A stretch of 64,000 nucleotides of DNA from Candidatus Poribacteria bacterium (GTDB lineage Bacteria; Poribacteria; WGA-4E; PCPOR2b): contig OZ244587.1 in assembly GCA_965218095.1 (NCBI GenBank), positions 4,640,001 through 4,704,000 of the forward strand, written 5' to 3'. Below are positions 27,631 through 39,200 of the stretch, in pieces. How positions within the stretch are numbered: the stretch's first letter is position 1; each line of letters starts with the position of its first letter. The position numbers were made by a program, and so were the translations under genes. The notes beneath the pieces are model-generated. The model worked only from the letters and a program-made list of their open reading frames with translations, was not told the origin of the DNA and did not search any database.

Positions 27631-28980
27631 ATGAGAAATCAGAGGAGAGAAATCAGACCGTTGCCATCGTTCCGGGTTCGGTATCATGTGCGGCGGACGA
27701 TGCGTCGACGACAAAATCGCTGGGCGTTGGCGATCACCCTTGTTTTGCATCTGATTGCGTTGTTTTTTCTGATACAACTGATCCCGCAGAAAATGGTGGA
27801 GCCAAATGTCATTCATGTGGATTTTGTAGAGATACCAGAGCCGAAGCGGACATTCATTAAGCCACGAAAAATCGAAGAGGCAGCGCCCGCCCGCACCCTG
27901 TCCGTATTCCGACAGGCAAGCACGACGGTAGCTGTGCAGTCGGTGCAACCCGAAATCCTAGAGCCCCCACCGTTAGGGACCTTGGCGCGATTGCCAGAGG
28001 CAGATAGCGGTCTGACTCGCGGGGATATGCAAACGGGAGTTCAACCCGCAGGCGGGCAGACGGGGCGCGGTGCGTTGGCGACAGGTGAATCTATCCGTCC
28101 CGCCGGCAGGGGGAGCGCCTTCGATGCGTTTCGGCTGGGCGGGCACGGGACAGACGAATCGACGCCGACGACTGCGGAACACGATTTATCGCCTCGTGTT
28201 GATGCAGATCGATTAGGGGCTGTGCTTGAAGGGACGGCTCAAGAACCGAGTGGACACATTCGGATTGTTCGACTGAAACACTCGCTTTCCGATTGGTGGC
28301 AGGATCCGAGCGCGATCCCTTCTTTTGCCCAGTGGCTAGAGGAAAATACCCATCTCCGCGTCGATATGAAGTTTGCGGGCGGTAGCTTGAAGCTGACCGA
28401 TCCGCGCATCCAAAGCGCGCCTCTGGTGATCATGACTGGGCACGATAAGGACACAGTGACTAGCCATAATCTCGGCACGCCGAACCGCGAAAAGGCAACC
28501 TTGGCGTCGGGTTTTTCTTCCGCAGAGCGGGCGGCATTGCGGAAGTATATCATCGAATCGAGGGGGATGCTATTTTTCGATGATTGTGGGTTTAACGGAT
28601 TGTTTGCGGCGATTGTCGCCAATGAGCTACGCTTGACGTTCCCAGAGTATGGACTGAGCCCCATCCCGTGGAATCATGAGATCTACCAAATCTATTATGA
28701 CCTGCCGCGCCCACCGACGGGCGGTGATGTCTTTTGGGCGTCTGAGAATAAGGCGCAACCCTCAAAGTTCAAACACCAGCGGGGGATCACGATTGGTCGG
28801 CGGCTCGCAGTGGTCTATAACCGAAAAGATTACATGTGCGCGATGGAGACTGTCGAGATTTCGAGCCGGACCATGTTGAGAATGCGGCGGTCGACAGATG
28901 TTCATCGCTTTATGACCAATTTACTCATTTACACCATGAAGTACGGTGGAAACACCGACCGCACTGGGTATCAGCGGTAG
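27631..28980 (+). CDS. DUF4159-domain protein with TM anchor
   Basis: TLVLH TM; SDWW.D, PLVIMTGHD, FFDDCG, DYMCAME shared with the 17009 gene. Confidence 0.75.
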   Translation: MRNQRREIRPLPSFRVRYHVRRTMRRRQNRWALAITLVLHLIALFFLIQLIPQKMVEPNVIHVDFVEIPEPKRTFIKPRKIEEAAPARTLSVFRQASTTVAVQSVQPEILEPPPLGTLARLPEADSGLTRGDMQTGVQPAGGQTGRGALATGESIRPAGRGSAFDAFRLGGHGTDESTPTTAEHDLSPRVDADRLGAVLEGTAQEPSGHIRIVRLKHSLSDWWQDPSAIPSFAQWLEENTHLRVDMKFAGGSLKLTDPRIQSAPLVIMTGHDKDTVTSHNLGTPNREKATLASGFSSAERAALRKYIIESRGMLFFDDCGFNGLFAAIVANELRLTFPEYGLSPIPWNHEIYQIYYDLPRPPTGGDVFWASENKAQPSKFKHQRGITIGRRLAVVYNRKDYMCAMETVEISSRTMLRMRRSTDVHRFMTNLLIYTMKYGGNTDRTGYQR

Positions 28981-28988
28981 GAGGTTTT

Positions 28989-29375
28989 ATGATGTTACGA
29001 TTAAGCATAGGGTTCATCTTATGTCTTACCTTAGTGATCGGATGCGGTCCGAGCACTAAGGAGATTATGAACTCTTGGAAAGGGGCGCATGTGTCGAGGT
29101 TAATTAGGAGTTGGGGGCCACCTCAAGAAATAACGTCTGATGGCTTGGGTGGTCGAATTTACATTTGGCGAAGTGATGTTTACATTCCGATTACCAAAGG
29201 CACAACGAAAACGCGTGGCACTGTTACTTACAATCCGTATTCAAATCAGTTTCACACAAAGAGTAAGTCAACATATACACCGCCCGTCACTATTGAAGGT
29301 GAAAAGGTGCGGATGTTCTGGGTGAACTCACAGGGGATTATATATACTTGGAAAGCGAAAGGGTTTGTTTGGTAG
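28989..29375 (+). CDS. Small lipoprotein
   Basis: GGAGG RBS; VIGC lipobox; M.SW.G...LI.SWGPP. Confidence 0.7.
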   Translation: MMLRLSIGFILCLTLVIGCGPSTKEIMNSWKGAHVSRLIRSWGPPQEITSDGLGGRIYIWRSDVYIPITKGTTKTRGTVTYNPYSNQFHTKSKSTYTPPVTIEGEKVRMFWVNSQGIIYTWKAKGFVW

Positions 29376-29398
29376 GTTGACAGTGAAAGGAGGTTTTT

Positions 29399-30262
29399 AT
29401 GATGCTGCGTTCCCGTATGTTTTCACTGTTGCTAGTGGGTTTGCTTCTCATCGGCTATGTGTTCGGATGCGGTGGCGATGATGTTGACGAGCCAAATAAT
29501 AAGAACCAAATTCCAACTATCACCATCGAGAAACTCCGTAGCGAGAAAACGGAAGAGAAAGACGTAAAATACTACAGGAATCGTATTGTACGGACCACAC
29601 GGGGTGTAGAAACGATCACGTGGCGGCTTAAAGCATACCCTGCTCCTAAAACCGATCTGGTGGTGAAGGTGGAGATAGGTGGCTCTCACTCCAAATGGGT
29701 ATTGATCCCTAAGTTGAAGAACAACTCAAAGGAGTTCACTGATATTGTAAGTTCCTCTCTAAATCTATCTGGTGTCGCAATTCTAATTTCCCCTGTACCC
29801 ATGGTCTACATTGTCGGCCAAGGTTTAGTGATTGACCTTAAGAGATTTCAACAGTCTATGCCCGATACTACACGCGAAGGCCACATAATCCCGGAGGACT
29901 TTGACTTCTCTCTTTATCAGATTGGAGAGAAGTCACACATCTTATGTGATCGCTGTGGTGTTATTGATAGGACCGAGGACATTATACTACCTAGGGTACC
30001 TAGGGCAACAAGGGTAACGGTAGATCCAGCCCCCGGCGGTGCGGCAATTCCATCGAATACCGAATTCAAACTCACGTTTGACCAGGGCGTCAAGAGCGCT
30101 ACTATTAATGGTGGACCCACTGTGGGATCGGGACTTAACTTTAGCGGGCCAGCGCCAGGCCTTGCAAGCGGCCAAACCGCAACCCTTAATATTGAGTGGG
30201 TAAACAGAGACGACTCCCCTGGGGCTGGGGCGGTTGGCCCTTATACTGTAATCAAAAAGTGA
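29399..30262 (+). CDS. Lipoprotein with C-terminal Ig-like domain
   Basis: AGGAGG RBS; VFGC lipobox; P.PG...IP.N....LTFD. Confidence 0.7.
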   Translation: MMLRSRMFSLLLVGLLLIGYVFGCGGDDVDEPNNKNQIPTITIEKLRSEKTEEKDVKYYRNRIVRTTRGVETITWRLKAYPAPKTDLVVKVEIGGSHSKWVLIPKLKNNSKEFTDIVSSSLNLSGVAILISPVPMVYIVGQGLVIDLKRFQQSMPDTTREGHIIPEDFDFSLYQIGEKSHILCDRCGVIDRTEDIILPRVPRATRVTVDPAPGGAAIPSNTEFKLTFDQGVKSATINGGPTVGSGLNFSGPAPGLASGQTATLNIEWVNRDDSPGAGAVGPYTVIKK

Positions 30263-30966
30263 TACACTTTCACCCCTTGCCGCGATGCAGATTTGCTTCT
30301 TTGTAAGCCCCCCCTTCCCCCCCGCAAGCGGACACGCAAATCATAAGCAGAGCCCTGAGTTTGATGGGATTATATTCCATATTGGTTTGCCTCCATAAGT
30401 GCCCCAAAGTGCCGACGCTAATGTCGGCACTTTGTCGGTGCTTCCAAAATTACCTTTTTTCATCGTCGATTACACAATAGCGACGGGTTCGCCTGTTTTT
30501 CCGATCAAGAAGTATCGCATTTTCGACCAACTCCCGACATGCGGCGTTCACCTGTTTCGCCGATGACCACCTGATGCGCTTTGCAACTTCTCGCGCCGTT
30601 AAACACGGATGGATGGAGAGAAGGGGATATTTGAACAAAACATCTCCATATCCCCTTTATCCCCTTCTCTCCCTTGTTACACCTTGGGATTGTCATCGGT
30701 CTCAACGGCGCCGAGCCGCCTGTGCTGTGACTTTTGCCCACGCCCATTATTTTTCGCTAACAAAGGCAGGGGGGCTCCCCTGCCTTTGTTTTGAGTAATC
30801 TGAGGAGAGAAGTAGGGAGGGTGTAGAGGGCAAATTTCCTCAGAAACTCATCAACATTTCCGAATTTATCATTGACTGATTGGAAGATGGAAAACGGGTA
30901 AGATAACTCATTAACAGGCCCAAAACTGTTTAAAATGAGGAATCTTGCAGTTGGAAAGGAAAAGCT

Positions 30967-32829
30967 TTGGTCAAGACCCCACCTGAAAGAATCGCTCCCT
31001 TTGAAACCGAATATCTGGGTAAAATCGCAGGCTTGTTGGACGAAGAACCGAGGGGCTTAGCCCGCCCAATTGACGACCGGGAAGCTTGGCAAGTATTAGC
31101 CCGGTTGACGAACTTTCGGCGAGTGATTTCCGACGCCAAAAAATCACTGGACCAATCCCCGCTTGAGCTGACCGAGGGTATTTATCTGGACTTTATACGC
31201 GCTGGCGAGGCAAAGCTGTATACTTCCTACAGTACCCACACACGTTCGCGTTTCTGCAAATTTGTGTTGGCGGAGTGCCTTGAAAACCAGGGTCTGTTTT
31301 TACCCGACATTCACCAGATGATCCGGGTCCTGTGTGAGGAAAAAACTTGGGTTCATGCTTTTCACGATCCACGATTGACCAACTGGCACGGTGAAACAAC
31401 GCACATCGATCTGGACGCGGCGACCGTTGCCTGGAGCCTTGCCACGGCGCAATATTTCTTGGGAGATCGGCTTGAGACGGAGACTCAACAAATGATCCGG
31501 TGGGAGCTCAGGCATCGAATCTTTGATCCCTTCCTGAGAATGTTGGAGGGGGAATTAATTCTTCTAAACCAAACTCGCTCATGGTCATGGCTGGAGTTGA
31601 CGCATAACTGGAACGCGGTCTGTTTGGCTGGCGTAGTGGGGGCGGCTCTGACGATTATCAAGTCACGAGATGAACGCTCCATGTGCATTGCGGCTGCGGA
31701 AAGATACACTAGGAATTTTCTCTCAGGATTTCCTGAGGATGGTTCTTGCTCGGAGGGGATCGGCTACTGGAATTATGGTTTTGGCCACTTCCTCATGCTC
31801 AACGAAGCTATCTGGCAGGCCACGCGTGGCCGAATGGATCTGCTGGAGAACGAGCAGGTGAGACTGATTGCCCAATATGGGCCCCATTTGGAGATTATGC
31901 CCGGTGTGTATCCGGCCTTCGCCGATTGCGGGACCGGAACGTTCCCTGATACCAACGTAATGCGCTTTGTCAACCGACGGTACGGGATGGGTTTGGGGCA
32001 GTGGGAAAATCGTGAACCGGAACCCTCAAGTCTCCAACATGTGGCGGTTTTCGCGTTTCCCAATTCCTCCAGTCAGGTTACCATCGACTGCGGACGGAAA
32101 CAGATCTTCGGGATGCGGAGCTGGTTTCAGAATGCGGGTATTTTGGTGGAACGTCCCAGGACTTCGAGTAACGGAGCGATTGGTATAGCTATCAAGGGAG
32201 GGCATAATGCCGAACACCATAATCACAGTGACCTGGCGAGTTTCGTTGTTGCTCTCAACGGAAAACTCCTTTTGACCGATCCAGGCTCTGAGCGATACAC
32301 TGTACGCACCTTCAGCGAGCGTCGGTACGAAAGCAACGTGTTGAACTCTTACGGCCATTCCGTCCCACTCGTTGCCGGACAGCTTCAAAAAGAAGGTGAT
32401 AAGGCCCGGGCCCGTATTCTCAAGCAAGAGTTGAGCGAGGAGCGGGATCTGGTGGTGTTTGATCTCCGGTCGGCGTACGACGTAGTGAGTCTGGTAAAAC
32501 TTCATCGCTCCTTCCTCTTCTCTCGTCAGGGCGCTGGGAGGTTAACGGTGATCGACGAGGTGAGTTTCACCGAACCGGAAGCTTTCGGCACGGCGCTGAT
32601 AACCTTTAATCATTGGCGTGAAGTTGCGGAGGGAATACTGGAGATCTTTGAAGGAGAAGACGCGTTACGGGTGGAGATCCGCGTGGATGGCGGTAATTTT
32701 GAAATCACTTCCGAAGAAATCAAAGAGAACGTACGAGTAAAGGGTTATCCCACGAGGATTGCGATTGATCTGACGAACCCTGTGCAAAGCGCGCGTATCG
32801 AGACAACCATCGCGCCAAGGCCCATGTGA
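30967..32829 (+). CDS. Heparinase II/III-like polysaccharide lyase
   Basis: HNWNAVC, DG...EG.GYW.YG, FAD, HNH.D..SF, DPG...Y, HSVP. Confidence 0.75.
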   Translation: MVKTPPERIAPFETEYLGKIAGLLDEEPRGLARPIDDREAWQVLARLTNFRRVISDAKKSLDQSPLELTEGIYLDFIRAGEAKLYTSYSTHTRSRFCKFVLAECLENQGLFLPDIHQMIRVLCEEKTWVHAFHDPRLTNWHGETTHIDLDAATVAWSLATAQYFLGDRLETETQQMIRWELRHRIFDPFLRMLEGELILLNQTRSWSWLELTHNWNAVCLAGVVGAALTIIKSRDERSMCIAAAERYTRNFLSGFPEDGSCSEGIGYWNYGFGHFLMLNEAIWQATRGRMDLLENEQVRLIAQYGPHLEIMPGVYPAFADCGTGTFPDTNVMRFVNRRYGMGLGQWENREPEPSSLQHVAVFAFPNSSSQVTIDCGRKQIFGMRSWFQNAGILVERPRTSSNGAIGIAIKGGHNAEHHNHSDLASFVVALNGKLLLTDPGSERYTVRTFSERRYESNVLNSYGHSVPLVAGQLQKEGDKARARILKQELSEERDLVVFDLRSAYDVVSLVKLHRSFLFSRQGAGRLTVIDEVSFTEPEAFGTALITFNHWREVAEGILEIFEGEDALRVEIRVDGGNFEITSEEIKENVRVKGYPTRIAIDLTNPVQSARIETTIAPRPM

Positions 32830-33026
32830 GTCTCCCTCTGGTTTAGCCCCTGATAGTGGTACGATGGCGATCAGTAGCATACGGGAGACCACAGATTTTG
32901 TTGACGGATTGTTGGGATTCTGCTACACTGTACTCCACAAGGGAACTTTTTCCTTAAACGTCGGGATGGGTTTGCGCGACTTTTCCGAATTCTCGAAGGT
33001 AATTCGTACTATAAGGAGTACAGACC

Positions 33027-34325
33027 ATGAAAGCTGGATTTGCTCAAGCTAACATCAACCCACCGATTGGAACGCGGATGACGGGATTCGGCCCTCGGGA
33101 TCGCGACCACGGCTGTGAGGCCATCCATGACGATCTCTATGTTCGCGCCCTCTACCTGACGCACGAGGGGAAAGACGTCCTTATCATGGGATTCGATCTC
33201 CTCTTCTTCAGCCGAGACGAAGCTGATCGCTACAAAGGCGCAATTGGTCGCCAAATCAACCTCGCTCCCAGCCAAATTCTGCTCAATACCTCCCATACCC
33301 ATACGGGGCCCAAAGTCGGCACATGGCTCTACGATCCGCCATCGGATGCGTTCTATTTACAGGTGTTGGAACATGCGATCATTAACGCCGCCTGTCAGGC
33401 CAGAGAAGCGGCTACCGACGTCACAATCTGGGCAGGCGCCACCCGGTCCGCCTTGCCGATGAGTCGGCGCCTCAAACGCGAAAATGGAAAAGGCCACACA
33501 GTCTTCTGGCGCCCAAATCCTGATGGTTCCGCGTGCGATGCCCTACCGATCTGCCTTTTGAAAGCGCTTGATGAAACTCCCGTCTGTCTTCTTTTCTCGG
33601 TCTCCTGTCATCCCTCAACTACCAACGGCTTTGAAATCTCCGCCGAATATCCCGGCGTCGCTATGGAACGACTTGACGCCCATCTCGGCAAATCGTGCAG
33701 CCTCTTTCTCCAGGGTACGGGTGGCGATGCCAAACCGAGCGTCATCGGCGGCGGAGAACGCTGGCGCGCTGGCGCCTGGGACGATGTCGCCGAAGCCGGG
33801 GTGATGGTCGCAAATGAGGTGATTGAAGCCGTTGACGCGGGGCTGGTGGAGATCGAACCTGACCTCCGCGCTTATGCGGTCGAAACCGAATGGGTAATGG
33901 AGCAAAACATCGGTCGCAGTGGCTACGAAGCGCTGTTATCAGATCCGACAACAGATCGAACCACCAAACTCTGGGCAAAGGAAAAGCTTGGCTACTTAGA
34001 TCGGGGATACCCGCTGCCCACAACAGTCTCGGTTACCATTCACGGCCTTCAGCTCGGTGAAGGACTTCGCATTGTCGGCATTGAGGGCGAAGCGGTGGGG
34101 GAACTTGGCTGCCTCGTTCTCGATTTCTATAGTGACGGAATTACCTTCCCACTCGGCTATACCAATGGCGCACAACTCTATCTGCCAACTGACACCATGC
34201 TGGATGAAGGTGGCTATGAGGTGGACAGCTATTACGAGTACAGGCAACCCGCCTGCTTGGCTAAGGGGATAGAAGCCACTCTAACGGCGGCGCTGTATCA
34301 ACTCCGCGAGCAAGGGATAAAATAG
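33027..34325 (+). CDS. Neutral/alkaline ceramidase N-terminal-domain family protein
   Basis: GF...INPP.G..M.GF, HDDLYVRAL, SHTHTGP, CHP, QG.GGD, GYTNG..YLP. Confidence 0.75.
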   Translation: MKAGFAQANINPPIGTRMTGFGPRDRDHGCEAIHDDLYVRALYLTHEGKDVLIMGFDLLFFSRDEADRYKGAIGRQINLAPSQILLNTSHTHTGPKVGTWLYDPPSDAFYLQVLEHAIINAACQAREAATDVTIWAGATRSALPMSRRLKRENGKGHTVFWRPNPDGSACDALPICLLKALDETPVCLLFSVSCHPSTTNGFEISAEYPGVAMERLDAHLGKSCSLFLQGTGGDAKPSVIGGGERWRAGAWDDVAEAGVMVANEVIEAVDAGLVEIEPDLRAYAVETEWVMEQNIGRSGYEALLSDPTTDRTTKLWAKEKLGYLDRGYPLPTTVSVTIHGLQLGEGLRIVGIEGEAVGELGCLVLDFYSDGITFPLGYTNGAQLYLPTDTMLDEGGYEVDSYYEYRQPACLAKGIEATLTAALYQLREQGIK

Positions 34326-34326
34326 G

Positions 34327-34445
34327 CAAAAAGAGGAGTATCGGGCCGTCGCGGAGAAGATACTCGAAATAGCGCAATCAATGCCGGGATTCATCTCCTT
34401 CAAAAACTTCATATCAGATGGCTCAGAGCGTGTTTCAATCATCAT
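34327..34445 (+). pseudogene. Antibiotic-biosynthesis-monooxygenase-like fragment
   Basis: EYRAVAEKILEIAQSMPGFISFKNF..ERVSII, with no start or complete domain. Confidence 0.4.
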
Positions 34446-34520
34446 ACGGCCACAGATTAGATGGCCGCCATCACCTTCAGCAGGAGACGTTTGGACGCGT
34501 CCCCGGACAGGAGACACATC

Positions 34521-35759
34521 ATGAACGCTACACAGCACACAAACCGAAACTCGAACGGCCAACGCACTGCGCTACGTGGCGGGCAACTCTTCGATGGCAC
34601 CGGCGCGGATCCGGTTTCTGACGCCGTGGTCGTCTGTAAAGACGAGCGCATCGTCGCGGTAGGGCCGGCGTCGCAGGTGGACATCAAGCCGACGGATAAG
34701 GTCATTGATCTGCGGCCGTGGACGCTAATGCCGGGCATGATTGACGCACATGTGCATCTGTGGGGGCTCGCCCGATCGCTTGATGCGCCCAACCCCGTCG
34801 AGGACCGCGCCCTGCGTAGCGCCGGTGAGAGCCTCGCCCTGCTTCATGCGGGTTTCACGACCGTGCGCGACTGCGGCTCGACCACGACGGTGATCCTCAA
34901 GCGTATGATCGATCAGGGAACGATTCCCGGACCGCGCATCATAACGGCGGGTATGGCCATCGCACGATCCGGGCACCACTGGCTCCGGGTCGATCCACGA
35001 TGGCTGTGGACGCGCCCAGCCAACACGGTCGATGAGTGTCGCGCTGCTACCCGTCTGGCCATCCACGAGCAATCCGGCTTCATCAAGATCGCCACCTCTT
35101 CCGGACTTGGCCGGGCGTGGGGTGAGATTCCGACGTTCACTGTTGATGAGGTCAAGGCGATCACGGATGAGGCGCATCAATGGGGCTTGCGTGTCGCTAG
35201 CCACTCCATGGGCACCGAAAGCGTACGCATCGCCGTGCTCGGCGGGGTCGATACGGTTGAACACGCCTATAACATTGACGACGAAACACTCGGCCTAATC
35301 ATCGAGCACGACAAGTTCATCGTACCCACGCTTCGCAACATGCACAAGGGACTCACGCCGTCGGGCGCGCAGACGTTCCGTGACCAGATCAAAGCACTGG
35401 AGAAGGCCTACGCTGCCGGGGCAAAGATCGCCATGGGCACCGATTCGACCGGCGCGCAGTATTTAGAGAACGGCCCCGGCAATGCGGTCGAATGCGCGCT
35501 GATGGCGAGGGTCATGCCGACGAAGGAGATTCTGATCTCCACCACGCGCACTGCCGCCGAAGCCCTCGGCATTGAGGCCGAGGGCGGCACAATCGAGCCC
35601 GGCAAATGCGCCGATATCATCGCCATGCGCGACGATCCGCTGACCTACATCGAAACCCTCCAGAACACCGCATTTGTCATGCACGACGGACAGGTCGTGC
35701 GTCAGGAAGAACCCGGCAGGAAGAACCCGGTTAGTGATGTTGCGACGTCTTTGAACTAG
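34521..35759 (+). CDS. Metal-dependent amidohydrolase (Xaa-Pro dipeptidase-like)
   Basis: PGMIDAHVH, GFTTVRD.G, IKI, VASH, VEH, GTD, GK.ADI. Confidence 0.85.
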   Translation: MNATQHTNRNSNGQRTALRGGQLFDGTGADPVSDAVVVCKDERIVAVGPASQVDIKPTDKVIDLRPWTLMPGMIDAHVHLWGLARSLDAPNPVEDRALRSAGESLALLHAGFTTVRDCGSTTTVILKRMIDQGTIPGPRIITAGMAIARSGHHWLRVDPRWLWTRPANTVDECRAATRLAIHEQSGFIKIATSSGLGRAWGEIPTFTVDEVKAITDEAHQWGLRVASHSMGTESVRIAVLGGVDTVEHAYNIDDETLGLIIEHDKFIVPTLRNMHKGLTPSGAQTFRDQIKALEKAYAAGAKIAMGTDSTGAQYLENGPGNAVECALMARVMPTKEILISTTRTAAEALGIEAEGGTIEPGKCADIIAMRDDPLTYIETLQNTAFVMHDGQVVRQEEPGRKNPVSDVATSLN

Positions 35760-35916
35760 CACTCTCGGAATGTAAACAAGGTTCGTGACCTTTCATCCTT
35801 CGGATGATAGACCTTGAAGACTTTGCAGATGCTCTGGTGGCGAGCGAGCTATAGATATTGTAGAGGTGCAAGGGGCTCTTCGCAGGTTACAATAATTCCA
35901 CCATGAAGATCTTCAT

Positions 35917-36032
35917 GGTGGTAAGGATTTCCCACCAGCGAGCATTCGTCCGTTTATGTCTGAAGGATGATGACATTTATTGGTTCTTTCTTGGCTCTCA
36001 CGCTGAGGCGGACAAATTTCTCAATTCGTGGA
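35917..36032 (+). pseudogene. RelE/ParE-like toxin C-terminal remnant
   Basis: VRISHQRA...DDIYWFFLGSHAEADKFL resembles the W.WIGSHAEYD end of ParE-like toxins. Confidence 0.4.
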
Positions 36033-36159
36033 TCCTAACAAGCTGTTGCAGGCAACGGCGGAATCTTCGGTTTTAATAATATCTGTAGGGTTGCGGTGGG
36101 TTTTGGTGTGTCGAACGTTTTCGGCGAACCCCCGCCCCGCCTGAACTTGGGTTGTTACA
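36033..36159 (+). other. attC-like integron cassette recombination site
   Basis: cctaac-aagct-gttGcaggc ... gcctgaac-ttgggtt-gtta; the L boxes pair with one extra unpaired G. Confidence 0.5.
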
Positions 36160-36224
36160 CTGCCTGCTTGAAGGCCAGTCCATGGAGCGTGGGCAAAGGT
36201 CATTAGTAGAAAGGAAATCAAAAT

Positions 36225-39200
36225 ATGGAAATAATCTTGTCAGCAGTAGTGATGTCAGCCCAGTTAATTGTAGTAGGAACAGACTTGGGCACACCTGCGG
36301 AAAAAAAGCTGACTGCAGAGGACGCCCGCCTTTGTGTCACGGGGTATGATTATAACCGCCCCGATCCGTTTCCCGGGCTGGGAGACTTCATCGGATGGGC
36401 CGAAGCGATCGAGCGAATGCCTAACGGTGATATTCTGCTGGTCCACTCGGCCGGTTACGGCCACGTGTCTTTCGCGTCGCCGAGGCAGTTGGCGGGCGGG
36501 GCGGTCGATTTTGAGGCGCCAACCGGCGGTCGGTCAATGGCCTGCCGATCCAACGACAACGGTAAGACGTGGTCCAAGCCGGTGACGGTGGTTGACCACC
36601 GGCTGGATGACCGGCCGGATGGCTTGTTTGTATGTCGCGACGGAACGGTATTATGTTTCGTCAATGTGAATGCTTCATGGTCAGGTTATCAGAAAGCCCC
36701 AGCGGGTTTTGAAAATGACATCGACGGTCTCAACTCCAAACAGTTTGTCGTTCGCTCGAAGGATAACGGCCGGACATGGTCTAGCCCGATCTGGATTGAC
36801 AGTCCCGGCGCCTTCTACGAGCGCGCCCACGGTCGACCGATTCAACTGGACGACGGTGCGATTCTGTGGGCTACGTATTGTGAGAATGTCGGTGGCGCCG
36901 AATCAGGCGGGAAAGAACCCCTGTTCGGTGCGATTCACCGCTCAACCGACTCAGGAAAGACGTGGAAAACCATTTCTACCATTCACCGGGATGGGCTGGA
37001 CGTCGATGAACCGGCAATTGCCGAACTAAAGGACGGCCGCTTAATCATGGTTACGCGCCCCGACGGTGGTGTGTTGTACTCGAAGGACCGGGGCGTCACG
37101 TGGATCGATTCCGGTAAGACGGTGAAAAAACACGGGCCGACATTCAGGGCCCCGCAGTTGTTTGTGCTCCAGGATGGCACGGTGGTGGCACTGGCTACTT
37201 GGCATGTCTTTGGCTTTGGCGGAGACTTGCCCTATCTATGCGCGTGGATCAGTAAAGACAGTGGCATGACCTGGAGCGAAGGTATTCCGCTCGACACTTC
37301 CTGCTATGGCTATCCGGGCGGATTCATGATGAAGGATGAATCGATCATGGTTTCTTACTGTGAGAGCGCTCAAGCTCCGAATAGAGTCTATGTCATTCGC
37401 ATCAGGGTAAATGCGGTGAGAGACGACATAGAGTTTTTGCCAATTAACGAACCTATCAAGACAAATATGACTAAAGCGACTATGGACATTGTCGTGAACG
37501 AAAAGGCTACCTGTACGATTGTTATACCCGATGAGCCTCTTGAGGTTGTCGAATACGCCGCTCGGGAACTCCAGTATCACATAAAGGAGTCAACGGGCGC
37601 CACGCTGCCCGTCCTGTCAGAGAGCACAGAGGCCGACAGCGGATCGTTCATCTACCTGGGTTCCTGCCGCAAGACAGCAAAGGCAGGTATTTCTATGGAT
37701 GAGATCGCCGCTAACGGCTTCCGTATCAAGCTGATCGGTTCCGACCTCTTCATGTGCGGTCGCGACAGCGGCGGCCACCCGGTGTCGACCGCGGGAATTT
37801 CCGTAGGCCCTCTCGTGCAGGCAGGAACACTGTTTGCTGTGTACGGGTTTCTCACGGAGCAGGTGGGCGTTAGGTGGCTCTGGCCAGGCAAGTTGGGCGA
37901 GGTTATTCCCAAGCGCCGCACCATCCGCGTGAGCCACTGGGACCAGACCTGGCAACCGCCCCTGGTGCATACCCGCATCCGTACCCATGTCAACTATAAT
38001 ACCGGGGAAGCGGGCTGGCCTTCCAGTGAAGCCCGCAACAGATTCCTCACCGAGCAGTCGGCCTGGCTGCGTCGCCATCGATTTGGGCGGGCAGTCGGTC
38101 TGGACTATCCTCATGCCTTTACCGGCTACTGGGAGCGCTACGGTGAAACTCACCCCGAATTCTTTAATCTGCTGCCCAACGGCGAACGCGTAGGTGACCC
38201 GCACTATTGGGGTGGGGCCGGGAACGTGATTTCCATGTGTGTCTCACAGCCGGGATTCTGGAAACAGATCGTCGCCAATTGGCAAGAATCGCGCTCGTCT
38301 TTGCATCCCTGGATAAACTTGTGCGAAAATGATGTGCCGGGCAAATGCACCTGTCCGAGTTGCCGGGCGTGGGACGTGCCAGCTCCTGACGACATCGTCT
38401 CCATGGCGAGGGTCGAGGAGGGCTTCGAAAAAGGCAGCGGCTGGTACAGGTGGCTGGGTTCACTTTCAGACCGCTATTGCAGGTTCTATCTGGCCGTGCA
38501 GAAGGAAGCCCAGAAAGTCGATCCGGAAGCAACTGTGATTGGCTTCTCTTATGAAAACTACGCCAAGCCGCCAGTGGAAACGAAGTTGAATGAGCGGGTC
38601 GTCATTTCCCTTGTGCCGGGCCTCATGTTCCCCTGGACCGAGGAGAAGCGCCAGCATTTTCGCGAGCAGTGGCAAGGGTGGGCGGTTACCGGCGCAAGGC
38701 TTTACCTGCGGCCGAATTACACCCTCGACGGACATAATCTGCCCATCTTCTATGCTCGTAAGTTCGGTGAAGATTTTTCCTTTGCCTTTGCCCACGGCAT
38801 GATTGCCACCGATTTTGATTCTCTGACGGGGCAATACGCCACTCAGGGGCCGAACCTTTATGTCCTGGCCCGCGTGCAGATCGACGGCGACAAACCAGTA
38901 GATGAACTCCTCGACGAATACTACCAGGCTTTCGGGCCTGCCGGGCACGCCGTTCGCGCGTACTTTCGGCACTGGGAAGAGGTGTCCGATGCTGTGACGG
39001 ATGAGTTGCTGCGAAAGAACGCCAGGAGTGCCCTGGGCACGGACTGGGTGAAATTTTGTGATTTTTATCAGGTTGCCGATGCAATCTTCACACCGGCCGT
39101 GATGCAGCAGGGGTTTGCCCTGCTGGAAGAGGCCGAGCGGGCCTCGCAGGGAGATGCCCTAGCGCAGCAGCGTGTTGAGTTTCTCAAGAAAGGGCTCAAA

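Noticed and set aside
30450-30640. HTH protein gene
   Set aside because: At best a short remnant without a convincing start or RBS.
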